This document shows, one piece after another, positions 49,927 to 62,872 of a stretch of DNA of 64,000 bases (positions within the stretch are counted from its first letter, which is position 1; the number at the start of each line of letters is the position of its first letter). Position numbers and translations under genes: made by a program. Source of the DNA: Octopus bimaculoides (taxonomy: Eukaryota). The stretch covers positions 25,999,125 to 26,063,124 of the forward strand of contig NC_069004.1 of assembly GCF_001194135.2 (NCBI RefSeq). The letters run 5' to 3'. The notes beneath the pieces are model-generated. The model was not told the DNA's origin. It saw only the letters and a list, made by a program, of their open reading frames with translations, and did not search any database.

Positions 49927-51905
49927 CATATATACATACAACATCTTTATAATCTAATGTTTATGGTTTGTAACATTTGACAGAATCCAATATGTCCAAG
50001 AACTGCCTCAAGCTGCAATGTCTACTTTGGCATGGTTCTTTATAGCTGGACATCCTTCCTAATGCCAAGCATTTTATAGCATGGCGTGGGTGCACCTCTC
50101 GTGCCACCTGCACTACTGTGTTGCCATAGTTTCCAGGACAGTGAAGCCTGGAGCAGGTGGTGTGTGTGTGGCGGGGGTGGGGATAAGCAGATTACTAAGT
50201 AGTCATATTGTGAACTGTGCGGGAATGACTTTAACCAATTTTAAAATCTTCCCCCTCTACAAATGCTGGAACTCTTTCACCAAACAACAGAATAAACAAG
50301 GCAAAACAATTCATCAACAAATGTTAACACACATGCACACATACATAGATAGCTGGTCAGAACTACTGACCACATCCTCTTGATAAAAAAAAGATAAAAA
50401 GAAAAGTACTTTGACAATACTTTTACACAGACAGACGGGCATATAGACAGACAGACAGACAGACAGATGAACATATAGACAGACAGACGGGCATATAGAT
50501 AGACATATAGATAGATACGATTTATTAATATACATATACTTGTTATTCATAAATACCAATCAAAATAAACTGCATTTTAATTATGACTAAGTTCAACTCT
50601 TTACACATGTATTTATAAGGCAAGTTTCTTTCAGGTTCTGCCAACCAAATCCATTCACAAGACTGGGGCTACACTCGCACAAGGTGTATTATACACGACT
50701 TGTATTAAATAAAATGTACACTATGTGAACACATGTATAAAATGTATACATGTACAATCAGATGCACACCCACTTCGACACTAACAGAATTTGATAGCTT
50801 GAGCGGGAACCCCCCCCCCCNNNNNNNNNNNNNNNNNNNNNNNNNNNNNNNNNNNNNNNNNNNNNNNNNNNNNNNNNNNNNNNNNNNNNNNNNNNNNNNN
50901 NNNNNNNNNNNNNNNNNNNNNNNNNNNNNNNNNNNNNNNNNNNNNNAACTGAAAATATCAAGAGTTACCAGGAAAACGAACAGATTCACACACACACACA
51001 CACACAAAGATTAGCATATTTGAAAAGCAGTAATTTAAACAATATCTCTCTCTCTCTAAATGTGTGTGCGTGTATACACATACACTTATATATATATACA
51101 AACACATATATACAGACATATATACACACATACTGATATACATACATTCACATATATATATATGCATATATACATTCAGACAAATAATATATGCACAAAT
51201 ATATATATACATACAAATATAAACACATATATATATACATATTCACACACATATACATTCACATACATATATATATATACAAATATAAACACATATATAT
51301 ACATACACACACACATACATACATACATGTACATACAGACATATATATACATACATGTACATACATACATACACACATACATACATAACCACATATTAAA
51401 TCATAATTTCTGTAAATGTCAAGTTAGCAGTAATTTCAATTTTTTAATAATTTCCAGAGAATGGGGGTGGGGATGAAGGTGGTAGGGAAACGAAATTATA
51501 AATCAGAGTAAAGCATGAGTATATGTGTAGAGGGAGGGGGGGGGAACCAGGGTGAGGCAGTGGATCAGTTAATAATGGACAACATTATCATTGTTTCTGC
51601 AGTCCAAAGTGTTTATATATGTGAATGTATGTAGCAACATACACACACATAAACACATATAAGCACAGGTGAGGTTCTGCGGCAAGAAACTTGCTTCCCT
51701 GCCACAAGGTTACAGGTTCAATCCCACTGTGTGAGTGGATTTAGTAGACAGAAACTGAAAGAATCTGTGAGTAAAATACTTCAACCACTAATCCACAAGC
51801 CATCACCCAGACTCCACATTATGACTTTAGTAAAATATTACTCCAGTTCAATCTCCATCTCTAGTCATCTGTCACACTTACTCACCCACCTTTGTCCTTT
51901 TCTTC

Positions 51906-52209
51906 CAGTGGTTCTCAACTCTTTTCTTTTTTTACCTATGGAACCTTTTGATCCCTATTTCACTCAGGTAAACCTCCAGTTTTAGAGCTACTTCTTTCAA
52001 AATCCCTATCTTGTTTTTCACACATTAACCTATGTAGGTTGAACTATATAAAATGTTAGAGTAAATAAACCTGGCTGTTTCTTGCAATAAGTACATCGAA
52101 AGCAAAATGTTTTCATGTACCCTTAAAATACAACTATGGATCCCCAATTTACTATTTTGCTTGCATGGACCCCAGTAGGGGTCATACAGATCCCAGTTGG
52201 GAACCAGTG
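51906..52209. mobile_element. hAT (Charlie-like) MITE
   Basis: Ends CAGTGGTTCTCAAC and GTTGGGAACCAGTG (2 mismatches). No 8-bp TSD is recognisable. Confidence 0.6.
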
Positions 52210-52832
52210 CTCTAACCTATTTCTGCCTCTCATATTTGATTTGTATCTTAACCACACACCTCTCTCTTTCTCTGTCCAGATATTAAAGAGGCAAATACGT
52301 GACTTCTCCAAGATGCTCCTATCCTTCTATCATGCTTTCATATCCTTCAATACTGTACACAATTCACTTGAGGGGGGTCTTGTGAGTACTTAGTGACCTC
52401 ACTAGTGCTGGTGCCACACAAAAACGCACCCAGTTGCAAAAACCATGCCAAAACAGACACTGCAGCTTGGGTGCAGTCCTTTAGCTCATTAATTCAGGTC
52501 AAACCATCCAACCTATGTCAGAAAAAGTGACACCAAATGATGATGATGATGATGACGATGATGATGATGATGATTAGTTAGCTCTCTTTTAGTTTTGGAA
52601 AATTAAGAGCTCAACAAGCCACTCAAAGAATTAAGGAATTCTTAAAGTATTCTTTTCTCTGGGTGGTGTTTCTTTCAAACTGTGATAATTGTATGAGTCA
52701 TAAAATAGTGTTTTCTTTTTCTTTCTTTCTTCTTGTGTGTGAGTTACATGATGCTGCTTTTCCCCTTTAAAAGTGTGCGTGTGTGTTTACACACACACAC
52801 AAAACATATATATATGTATGTATATATGTGTG

Positions 52833-52864
<32 letters not shown>

Positions 52865-53428
52865 AATATATATATATATACACACACACACATACAAATA
52901 TATATATATATATACACACACACATACATATATGCACACAGATGATCACACACACACAAATATATATATATACATTCACATACATATATGCACATAGATG
53001 ATGACAAACTCACACACACACACACACACATAAATATACACAAACATACATATACTCACACATACATATGCACATACAGACACACATACAAATGCCTGGA
53101 TTATATATCCCAATGCACCTACAAACACATATGGATGGATGGATGGATGGATAGATAGATAGATAGATAGATAGATAGACAGATAGATAGATAGACAGAC
53201 AGATAGATAGATAGATAGATGGATAGATAGATATACATACATACATACATACACACACAGACACATGAAAACACACATGTACACTCTGATTATGTACTAT
53301 TCCATAGTGAAGTAGTAAGATATGAATTTTATACATATTTCAGATTTCTAGACGATGATTCCTTCCATAACTCTATGGGGTTTATAACCTACATAACTGA
53401 GGAACAACGCCAATATATACACACATAC

Positions 53429-53480
53429 AAACAGAAGTAAACATTTGTGACATTCATGCCCTTTTCCAAATGTTTCAGAG
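53429..53480 (-). CDS. Candidate exon 3 of the minus-strand gene: (A)LKHLEKGMNVTNVYFC, or SETFGKGHECHKCLLLF if exon 2 is skipped
   Basis: Acceptor aatttcttcttcag| and donor TT|gtatgt; 52 nt, with two frames open. Confidence 0.4.
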
Positions 53481-53574
53481 CTGAAGAAGAAATTATTTGA
53501 ATTAGGAATCAAAACTAGGTCACACAGAGTTGGCACATATTTCACTGAGAAATAATAATAATAATAATAATAAT

Positions 53575-54050
53575 GACTTCAAATTTTGGCACAGGGCTAG
53601 AAATTTGGGGGGAGGGGGTAAGTTGATTACATTGACCCCACTCCTCAAATGGTACTTATTTTATTTTATCGACCCTGAAAGGATGAAAGATAAAGTTGAC
53701 CTTGGTGAAATTTGAACTCGGAATGTAAAGATGGGTGAAATGTCGCTAAGCCTTTTGGCCAGCATGGTAACAATTCTCACAGCTTACCAGCTTAATAATA
53801 ATAATAATAATAATAATAATGATAATAATAATAATAATAATAATAATGGTTTCAAATTTTGGCACAAGGCCAAAGAGAGAAGATAGGATGATTACACCAA
53901 CCTACAGTACTCAACGAGTACTTATTTTATTGACTCTGGAAGGATGAAAAACAAAGTTGACCTCAGCGTGATTTGAATTCAGAACATAAAGACAAGGCAA
54001 AAAGCCGCTAACCATTTTGCCCGGTATGCTAACAACTCTGCCAGCTCAAA
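53575..54050 (-). mobile_element. Two tandem SINE B copies in (AAT)n
   Basis: Copies at 53575-53790 and 53845-54050. Confidence 0.8.
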
Positions 54051-54634
54051 TCTTGAGCCACCCTCCTCTCACACTACTAAATTTATCCACCCACCCTTCC
54101 TGTACCTTAAGAGCATATTCTCATGCCTCATCTTTTCCACTACACCCAACCACCCTTATACAATGCAGAGCCGCCTTAACACTTAATATAAAGCCACCTC
54201 TGTCTTGCAACTTATTTGGTGACCTCACTAGTGTCAATGTCAAGAAGAAAGTACTAAGTACACTTTATACAATGGTTTTTCTACGAATTCATATGATTAT
54301 GCAAAAAAAAAACCTCAATTATTTGTGAGTGATCTATGCAATTTAGCTGGTATTTTTAGCAGATCCCACGACCACCTGATACCTTCCTCATCTTTTCTAT
54401 GTCAACCTGACATGTATTGGTGTTTTTCGATATTTCTCTCCCCATTTACACATTCAATGGCATGATGATGCAACCAAGGGTGGTCCATTGCTGGGATTTA
54501 AGCAAAACAATTCGGACAATCCGTATTTTAAACTGATTTAAAAGTTTGGAAAAATATCGAACTTTCAGGATTTATTGGAGAGGGGAGAGTTAAACAAATA
54601 AATAAATAAATAAAATTTATTCAGTAGTGGTTGT

Positions 54635-54815
54635 CACAACATCGCTTGACAACCGATCCTGGTGTGTTTACGACCCCGTAACTTAGCGGTTCGGCAAAAG
54701 AGACCGATAGAATAAGTACTAGGCTTACAAAGAATAAGTCCTGGGGTCGATTTGTTCGACTAAAGGCGGTGCTCCAGTATGGCCGCAGTCAAGTGACTGA
54801 AACAAGTAAAAGGGT
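54635..54815 (+). mobile_element. 5'-truncated SINE family A copy, near consensus
   Basis: Begins at ACATCGCTTGACAACCGA and ends GAAACAAGTAAAAG. Confidence 0.85.
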
Positions 54816-55158
54816 AATCGTATGAATTCCTGTGTGAAGAATAAATTCGCAAAAAATTTCTGAAATATTCCAAAAAACAGTAAAGGTATGAGGGGTTATA
54901 TGGGTGCCTGAACTAGAATTCCTTTCTCTTATGGGTACAAGGTCTGAAATTTGAGGCGAGGGAGCTAATCCATTACATCAACCTCAGTGGTATTGTTTTA
55001 TCGGTCGCGAAAGGACGTAATGCAAAGTCTATGTAACACGCACACCAAAACATAGTGTCAAATAATTTAGTAAGGTACATATTATGTAACATAACATATA
55101 TGTATATACACAATAGTATAATATAGTGTGGATGATACTAACACATTGTATAATACAT

Positions 55159-55210
<52 letters not shown>

Positions 55211-55212
<2 letters not shown>

Positions 55213-55363
55213 GTATTTACTCACGTAAAGTCGCTCTATCTTATACTTGATATAACCTGAAAAACTAGGATGCGACTTATTCATAGGGCATATGAAAGGG
55301 AAAAAATTTGTATCAAGATCAACAGTAAATTTAGGGGTAAGACTTAGACAAGAGTAAATACGA
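55211..55363. mobile_element. Tc1/pogo-type MITE
   Basis: TA|CCGTATTTACTC ... GAGTAAATACGA|TA inverted ends. Confidence 0.7.
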
Positions 55364-55447
55364 TATGTGTGAGCGTGTATGTATACATACACAGTATACT
55401 ATATAATAAACGTTATATACACATTAGAAAGGGCAAAGATCCCTCAC

Positions 55448-55488
55448 CTGCATTCTTTTTTACTTTGTAAAATCGTAATTTTACAAAG
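55448..55488 (-). CDS. Candidate exon 2 of the minus-strand gene: (R)FVKLRFYKVKKNA
   Basis: gtatgttttaag| acceptor and CAG|gtgagg donor; 41 nt. Phase 2-1 links exon 1 to exon 3 without a stop. Confidence 0.45.
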
Positions 55489-56200
55489 CTTAAAACATAC
55501 ACAATCAAAGAAATTAGATAAGTGAGTATTGTAGTTCGCTTGAAGTATTGTGTATTGTTTGTAAAGAATAAAAAGTTTAGAATGGTATAACAATGCACTA
55601 TAGAACAAAAATGGACTATATACCTGTTGTAACTTGGTTATCTATATAGTCCGATGATATTTCGGAATTACAATTCCTTTTTCATATCTTAGAGTTTTTG
55701 GCGCACTAGATAATTTCCGACTCTATTGGTCAAGAACACCATAACACACACACAAATATATATATATATATATATACACAGTGTGTGGCATTATTCTGTA
55801 GTAATGCCCTTTATATATATATATATATACACACACACAAAGATTTAAAATGAAAATCTTAATAAAGTAATTTACTGACGAAAGAAAGAAGAACAAAGAT
55901 CTCTTATATATATATACATATATATATAATACCCACATATATTAATTTTAAATCTAATTAACACTGTAGAAGCTCTGATGGTCCCCCAACTTTCAACTTC
56001 ATATTTATAAATTATCCAAACGTCAAAATACAAACTAAGAACAACAGTGACTAACGTCATATGTAACAATAAAAGCAATTTTCAAATGTAACGACCATGT
56101 TATGTGGTGTATAGTCATAAGTATCTCGGTTAGATAGAGTTAGAAGGAAGGGTTTCGTTTCAGAAAGAGGGACAGAAGCGTCATTTAAAGATGCACTTAC

Positions 56201-56220
56201 CGATTCAAGTCTGCCGCCAT
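56201..56220 (-). CDS. Candidate first coding exon: MAADLN(R)
   Basis: AGAAATGGCGGCAG start context (good Kozak, YY1-like), followed by the perfect donor CG|gtaagt, next to a CpG-rich promoter-like patch. Confidence 0.55.
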
Positions 56221-56363
56221 TTCTGTTGTCGTTACTATTTGCTCGAGTGAAGGTCTGACGCATGCGCAGTGGCCCATATTACGGGTTTTGAATAGTTAAC
56301 ACACACGCAAGCATAGACACGCATGGACGTACGCCGTTCGCGCGCGCGCGCCCGGGTGCGCAC
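56210..56363 (-). promoter_or_regulatory. CpG-rich promoter-like region with NRF1-like and YY1-like motifs
   Basis: ACGCATGCGCAGT at about 56259-56271 (NRF1-like palindrome), GCCGCCATTT at 56213-56222 (YY1-like) and a (CG)n run at 56338-56350, in an otherwise CpG-poor window. Confidence 0.55.
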
Positions 56364-57139
56364 NNNNNNNNNNNNNNNNNNNNNNNNNNNNNNNNNNNNN
56401 NNNNNNNNNNNNNNNNNNNNNNNNNNNNNNNNNNNNNNNNNNNNNNNNNNNNNNNNNNNNNNNNNNNNNNNNNNNNNNNNNNNNNNNNNNNNNNNNNNNN
56501 NNNNNNNNNNNNNNNNNNNNNNNNNNNNNNNNNNNNNNNNNNNNNNNNNNNNNNNNNNNNNNNNNNNNNNNNNNNNNNNNNNNNNNNNNNNNNNNNNNNN
56601 NNNNNNNNNNNNNNNNNNNNNNNNNNNNNNNNNNNNNNNNNNNNNNNNNNNNNNNNNNNNNNNNCTCATGTATATATATATATATATATATATATACTCA
56701 TGTATATAAATATATATATATACACACACACACACATATAAGTAGATGTTTTGCGCATGTCACACACACGCACACACACGCACACACATACACACACACA
56801 CACGCACATACACACGCACGCACACACACACACATATATGCAATCATATATACATATACGGACATAAACACACACACATATACGTGGACGTGTATGTGTG
56901 CGTGTGTGTGTGTATGTGTGTGTATTCTTTTGCTTCTGTCATTTGACTGTGGCCATGCTGGAGCACCGCCTTGAAGGGTTTTAGTTGAACAAATCGACCC
57001 CAGGACTTATTCTATCGGTCTCGTTTGCCGAACCGCTATTTTACAGGGATGTAAACACACCAACACTGGTTGTCAGGCAGTGATTGGGGATAATCACAGA
57101 CACAAAGACAGATATATACATAATACAACGGATATATAA

Positions 57140-57320
57140 GCATGTATACACACATATATGTACATACTTGCATCTACATGTGTATATAGATGCATATTCG
57201 GGTACAGGACGTTAGAAAAATGAACTACAGACAACGGAACGAACACAGAAAAACAAATAGCCACTTGGATTAATTCTTCATCAGCTGCCTTTATTCTAAA
57301 CTAGGCGTTTGGCGGATTGG
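57140..57320 (-). mobile_element. Family P repeat copy
   Basis: Reverse complement ...AAACGCCTAGTTTAGAATAAAGGCAGCTGATGAAGAATT...GTCCTGTACCCGAATATGCATC, colinear with 30540-30680. Confidence 0.6.
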
Positions 57321-57870
57321 CCAGGTACCCAGCTTGCCTGGTGGCAAGTGGGTCCCTGCGTCATTAGAATCTGTATATGGGGGCCCATCCCCTCAAGTTT
57401 GACAATTGTTTATCCACTCCTGGAAGAATGCATTAATTATTTCAGCCTGGCTGTGTTTGTAGACAGTTAAAAAGAATTCTATTGGCAAAAAANNNNNNNN
57501 NNNNNNNNNNNNNNNNNNNNNNNNNNNNNNNNNNNNNNNNNNNNNNNNNNNNNNNNNNNNNNNNNNNNNNNNNNNNNNNNNNNNNNNNNNNNNNNNNNNN
57601 NNNNNNNNNNNNNNNNNNNNNNNNNNNNNNNNNNNNNNNNNNNNNNNNNNNNNNNNNNNNNNNNNNNNNNNCACATACATATAGATAGAGACATACAACG
57701 GGCTTCTTTCAGTTTCCATCTACTAAATCCATTCACAAGGCTTTGGTTGGTCCGAGGCTGTAGTAGAAGACACTTGCTCAAAGTGCCACGCATTGGGGAT
57801 GAACCTGGAACTAAGTAGTTAAGGAGTAAGCTTCTTACCACACAGCCACGCCTGAGCCTATCTGTGTGTG

Positions 57871-57914
<44 letters not shown>

Positions 57915-58149
57915 ACGATATATATACACACACACACATATAGATACACACACACAAATGTGTATATGTATATATATATATATATACACATACACACCAC
58001 ACGTAGACACATTTTACACACACATACACAAATATGTATGTATATACACAGATATTTAGGGTTGGGCTGGTCTTAACTGATGGGAGAGGGAATGGTAGGG
58101 ACGGAAGGGGAGGGGTTAGAGAGTAAGGTAAAAACAAAACAAAAGCTAA

Positions 58150-58580
58150 GAAAAATGATAGTAAATATTTAAAAAAACAAGGAGAGAGAGAGAGCGGGGG
58201 AGTGATTTAGGAGAAAGGGAGTGAGAGAAAGAGTAAGAAAAACAAAAAAACCACACATTCTCATTAGTGACAGAAAGACTAAGATGAGAAATAAGATAAA
58301 GATAAGAAGGAAGATAAGGAGAGAGAGACAGACAGAGGTAAGGAGGGACAGAAAGAGGGAGAAAGGGAGAGAGAGAGGGAGACAGACAGACAGACAGGGA
58401 TAAGGAGGGAGAGAGAGAGAGAGAGGGGGAGAGGGAGAGAGACAGACAGAGGTAATGACGGAGAGAGAGAGAGAGGGAGAGAGAGAGAGAGACAGAGAGG
58501 GAGAGAGACAGACTGAGAGACAGACAGACAGACAGACAGAGGTAAGGACGGAGAGAGAGAGAGAGAGAAGCAGGGAACAG
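58150..58580. repeat. (GA)n/(GACA)n purine-rich tract
   Basis: Simple-sequence composition. Confidence 0.9.
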
Positions 58581-59471
58581 ATAGTCTAACATTAGATTTG
58601 TTTTCAATCATTTATTTTAGTTATTTGAGACTGCAGCCATGCTGGAGCGCCCCCTTGAAAGCTTTCTGCAGCAGTTCTTGACCATATGTTGCCTATGGAC
58701 CCACTTGATTCGTATTTTACTCGGATGGAACCCCATAGTCGTTCGAGTGGTGGTTGTGTGGTAAGAAGCTTGCTTCCTAACCACATGGTTCGAGGTTCAG
58801 TTCCACGGGGTGTCACCTTGGGCAAGTGTCTTCTATTATAGCCTCGGGCCGACCAAAGCCTTGTGAGTGGATTTGGTAAATGGAAACTGAAAGAAGCCCG
58901 CTGTGTGTGTGTGTGTGTGTCTGTGTGTGTATATATATACTCTTTTATTTGTTTCAGTCACTTGATTGCGGCCATGCTGAAGCACCGCCTTTAGTCGAAC
59001 AAATCAACCTCAAGAGTTATTCTCTGTTAGCTTAGTACTTATTCTATCGGTATATTTTGCCGAACCGCTAAGTTGCGGGGACGTAAACAAACCAACATTG
59101 GTTGTCAAGCGATNNNNNNNNNNNNNNNNNNNNNNNNNNNNNNNNNNNNNNNNNNNNNNNNNNNNNNNNNNNNNNNNNNNNNNNNNNNNNNNNNNNNNNN
59201 NNNNNNNNNNNNNNNNNNNNNNNNNNNNNNNNNNNNNNNNNNNNNNNNNNNNNNNNNNNNNNNNNNNNNNNNNNNNNNNNNNNNACACACACACACACAC
59301 ACACACACAATACGACGGGATTCTTTCAGTTTCCGTCTACCAAATCCACTCACAAGGCTTTGGTCACCCCGAGACTATTGTAGAAGACACTCGCCCAAGA
59401 GGCCACACAGTGGGAATGAACCCAGAACCATGTGGTTGGGAAGCATGCTTCTTACCACACTGTCACTCCCG

Positions 59472-60131
59472 CGGGTCATCCTATAAATAACGCGGTTTTT
59501 AATATTTTTTCTATTTCTCAAAATTAAGATAAGCAAAGTTCTTTTTTAATCCAAAATATACTCTCCTTCATTTTTTACAATGCTATTCCATCTATCTGGA
59601 AGACTTGCAAAACCCTCTTCCAAAATTCTCTCGTCCGTGACGAAAAATACTCCTCATGTACTATTCTGATCGTCTATAGAATTCGTATTTTTCCGTCGAA
59701 ACGATTTTCAAGACTGCGGAATAAATGGTAATCAGATGAGGCAATGTCCGGAGAATATGGTGGGTGGGGCATCGCTTCCCATTCAAACTGCTCCAGCCTT
59801 TGAAATGTCATCCTCGCTGTATGTGGGCGAGCATTATCCTGATGGAAGAACACCTTTCGTCTTGAAACCAAAAATGTTCGTTTTCCGATGGCACGCACGT
59901 GTCGATGAATGACCAAATCCAAGCTTCTCTGCGAGTTTCTCAACAGTTACGATGGAATTTTATTCCACTAGGGTTTGCAGGACGTCCTCGTCGAGCTCTA
60001 CAGATCTTTCAGGACGAGGCTCGTCTTCTAGGCTGTAATTTCCGGTTCGGAATTCCTGGAACCACCGCTGGCTTACGCTTATTGTCCGATCCCCATATAC
60101 GGCATTAATATTCCTCGCACTTTCCGTTGCA
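59472..60131 (-). mobile_element. Internally deleted mariner transposon; 3' TIR present, 5' part in gap
   Basis: ATESARNINAVYGDRTISVSQRWFQEFRTGNYSLEDEPRPERS (HTH) is joined to RRKVFFHQDNARPHTARMT...EAMPHPPYSPDIASSDYHLFRSL (second and third D motifs). The TGDE region is missing. TIR-like CGGGTCATCCTATAAATAACGCGG at 59472. Confidence 0.92.
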
Positions 60132-61260
60132 NNNNNNNNNNNNNNNNNNNNNNNNNNNNNNNNNNNNNNNNNNNNNNNNNNNNNNNNNNNNNNNNNNNNN
60201 NNNNNNNNNNNNNNNNNNNNNNNNNNNNNNNNNNNNNNNNNNNNNNNNNNNNNNNNNNNNNNNNNNNNNNNNNNNNNNNNNNNNNNNNNNNNNNNNNNNN
60301 NNNNNNNNNNNNNNNNNNNNNNNNNNNNNNNNNNNNNNNNNNNNNNNNNNNNNNNNNNNNNNNNNNNNNNNNNNNNNNNNNNNNNNNNNNNNNNNNNNNN
60401 NNNNNNNNNNNNNNNNNNNNNNNNNNNNNNNNNNNNNNNNNNNNNNNNNNNNNNNNNNNNNNNNNNNNNNNNNNNNNNNNNNNNNNNNNNNNNNNNNNNN
60501 NNNNNNNNNNNNNNNNNNNNNNNNNNNNNNNNNNNNNNNNNNNNNNNNNNNNNNNNNNNNNNNNNNNNNNNNNNNNNNNNNNNNNNNNNNNNNNNNNNNN
60601 NNNNNNNNNNNNNNNNNNNNNNNNNNNNNNNNNNNNNNNNNNNNNNNNNNNNNNNNNNNNNNNNNNNNNNNNNNNNNNNNNNNNNNNNNNNNNNNNNNNN
60701 NNNNNNNNNNNNNNNNNNNNNNNNNNNNNNNNNNNNNNNNNNNNNNNNNNNNNNNNNNNNNNNNNNNNNNNNNNNNNNNNNNNNNNNNNNNNNNNNNNNN
60801 NNNNNNNNNNNNNNNNNNNNNNNNNNNNNNNNNNNNNNNNNNNNNNNNNNNNNNNNNNNNNNNNNNNNNNNNNNNNNNNNNNNNNNNNNNNNNNNNNNNN
60901 NNNNNNNNNNNNNNNNNNNNNNNNNNNNNNNNNNNNNNNNNNNNNNNNNNNNNNNNNNNNNNNNNNNNNNNNNNNNNNNNNNNNNNNNNNNNNNNNNNNN
61001 NNNNNNCACACACACACACACACACACACATGCACACACAGACGCCTGATGTGTAAAATCCTCTTGTACTTACACAGTCAATAGCGTGTGTCCACACAAG
61101 CGTACGTACATACATGTATGCATACATACATACATACATACATACATACATACATACATACATCTTCATATGAATACATGCTTCTATAGCTACATATATA
61201 TTTTATATATTCCCAAGCATGCATCTGTGCATACATACATTGGTCGATAGATATTTACGA

Positions 61261-62872
61261 GTGTAGGACAAAGCCCCCTAGGACAAAACTCCCTCGGACA
61301 AAACCCCCATAGTCAAAGTGTGAAAGTGGACAAAACCCCCTCAGTTATATTTTTCGGTTAATTTTTCGTCTCCCCCCAACCTTTTACTTGTATCAGTAAT
61401 TAGATTGTGGCCATGGTGGGGTACCACCTTGAAGAATTTTTCGTGGAACGTATCGACTCCAGAATTTTTCTTTTTCTTGTTTCAATCATTAGACTGCCCC
61501 ATGCTTGGGCACCACCTTGAAGAATTTTTAGACGACTGTATAGAACCCAGAAGATCTTTCTGGGTTTTGTCACTGTTTACAATTTTGTTCCAATTGTTTT
61601 CAAAATTAGTATATGGATTAAATTTTTATGAAAATGAAATTCATATTTTTCTATAAATCCATAATTAAAAAGTTATTAGCCTTTAAAATTTGCAAAATTT
61701 GGGTATTTTAGTCAATCAGAAGTATTTTACACATCACCGTGGCGAAGAACTCTGTTTGCATAGTAACCAAAGCAAAGAAGCACCACGTGTTCCATAGCTG
61801 ATTGCAAAGAACTCTGTTTCCATAGGAAACAAACGCCGGTGTGGGATACACCATTCCATGGTTGATTCTTATCTTTGTGAATTTATGTGGAGGAGATACA
61901 AGAAAGGTAATTTATTTTATAAAATCCTAGTGTGTATTGCAAACTTTCGTTCTTGAATTTTTTAAAACTAATAAATGTGTTTTAAAACAATGTTTTAACT
62001 GTTATTTCTAGCAACTTCTGTTGGTTTGTTCGCAGCTTTTAAATATTTAATTTGCACAAAGATCCACCCCAGAATTTTTTTAAAGCCTGGCCTCTGTGAT
62101 AGATTTCATTGTTTTTCCTTCGTACTTGTTAAATCATTAGACTGCGGCCATGCTGGGGCACCGCATTGAAGAATATTTAGCCAACTCAAGAATTTTTTTA
62201 GGTGGTTTTCAACCAACGCATGAAGTTAGCCTGGAAGGTCTCTCCGAATGCTAGAAATAACAGCCAAATTACTTGAATTTGTTTTTATAATTTCACGTAA
62301 ACAAANNNNNNNNNNAACGGAAATCGCGATTGTAAAAAAAAAACTTTTATTTTCCAAAATTCATATTTTTAAGTAAACGAGATTATATACAATCAAAAAT
62401 AAATAAGTAGAATAGAATAACAGAACACAAGACTCTTTACTAGTCAATGTACATATTGTCTGAATTCTATCAAAAGAGAAAGCATTTACTTCAAGAAATG
62501 TGTAGAAAGATACAAACGATAAGAAGTGCATTTGAATGACTAGAATTGGCACCATAATTCTGTAAGACCTTCAACAGTCGGAGAAAGTTCAAAAGGTCAA
62601 CTTATTCTCAACAAAAGGTCAACTTAATCTGTAAGTGTTGAGAGAAACAAAACAAAAGACTTTAAATATATATTTTAAAATGCTGATTTTTCAAGGTGGT
62701 GCCCCAGCATGGCCACAGGCCGATGAGTGAAACAATTAAAATAAATTTTAGAAAATAAAAGGTGGAAAAATAACCAAAAAGTATAACCGAGGGGGTTTCG
62801 TTCGCTTTCGCACTTTAACTAAGGGGTTTTTATCCCAGGGGGTATTGTCCTGAGGCAGATGGGGGTCCTAGT
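61261..62872. mobile_element. ~1.6-kb non-autonomous DNA transposon with ~85-bp TIRs built of GGACAAAACCCCC repeats
   Basis: The left end 61262-61348 (...CATAGTCAAAGTGTGAAAGTGGACAAAACCCCCTCAGTTATA) is the reverse complement of the right end 62782-62872 (TATAACCGAGGGGGTTTCGTTCGCTTTCGCACTTTAACTAAG...). It contains SINE fragments. Superfamily not determined. Confidence 0.75.

Noticed and set aside
50346-50379. Possible short minus-strand exon after a long polypyrimidine tract
   Set aside because: Phase is ambiguous, one frame has a stop, and the donor lies in a (TA)/(TG) microsatellite.
57393-57492. Protein-like minus frame FLPIEFFLTVYKHSQAEIINAFFQEWINNCQT* running out of a gap
   Set aside because: Only 32 codons are visible and no motif is recognised; it could be a transposon end and cannot be supported.
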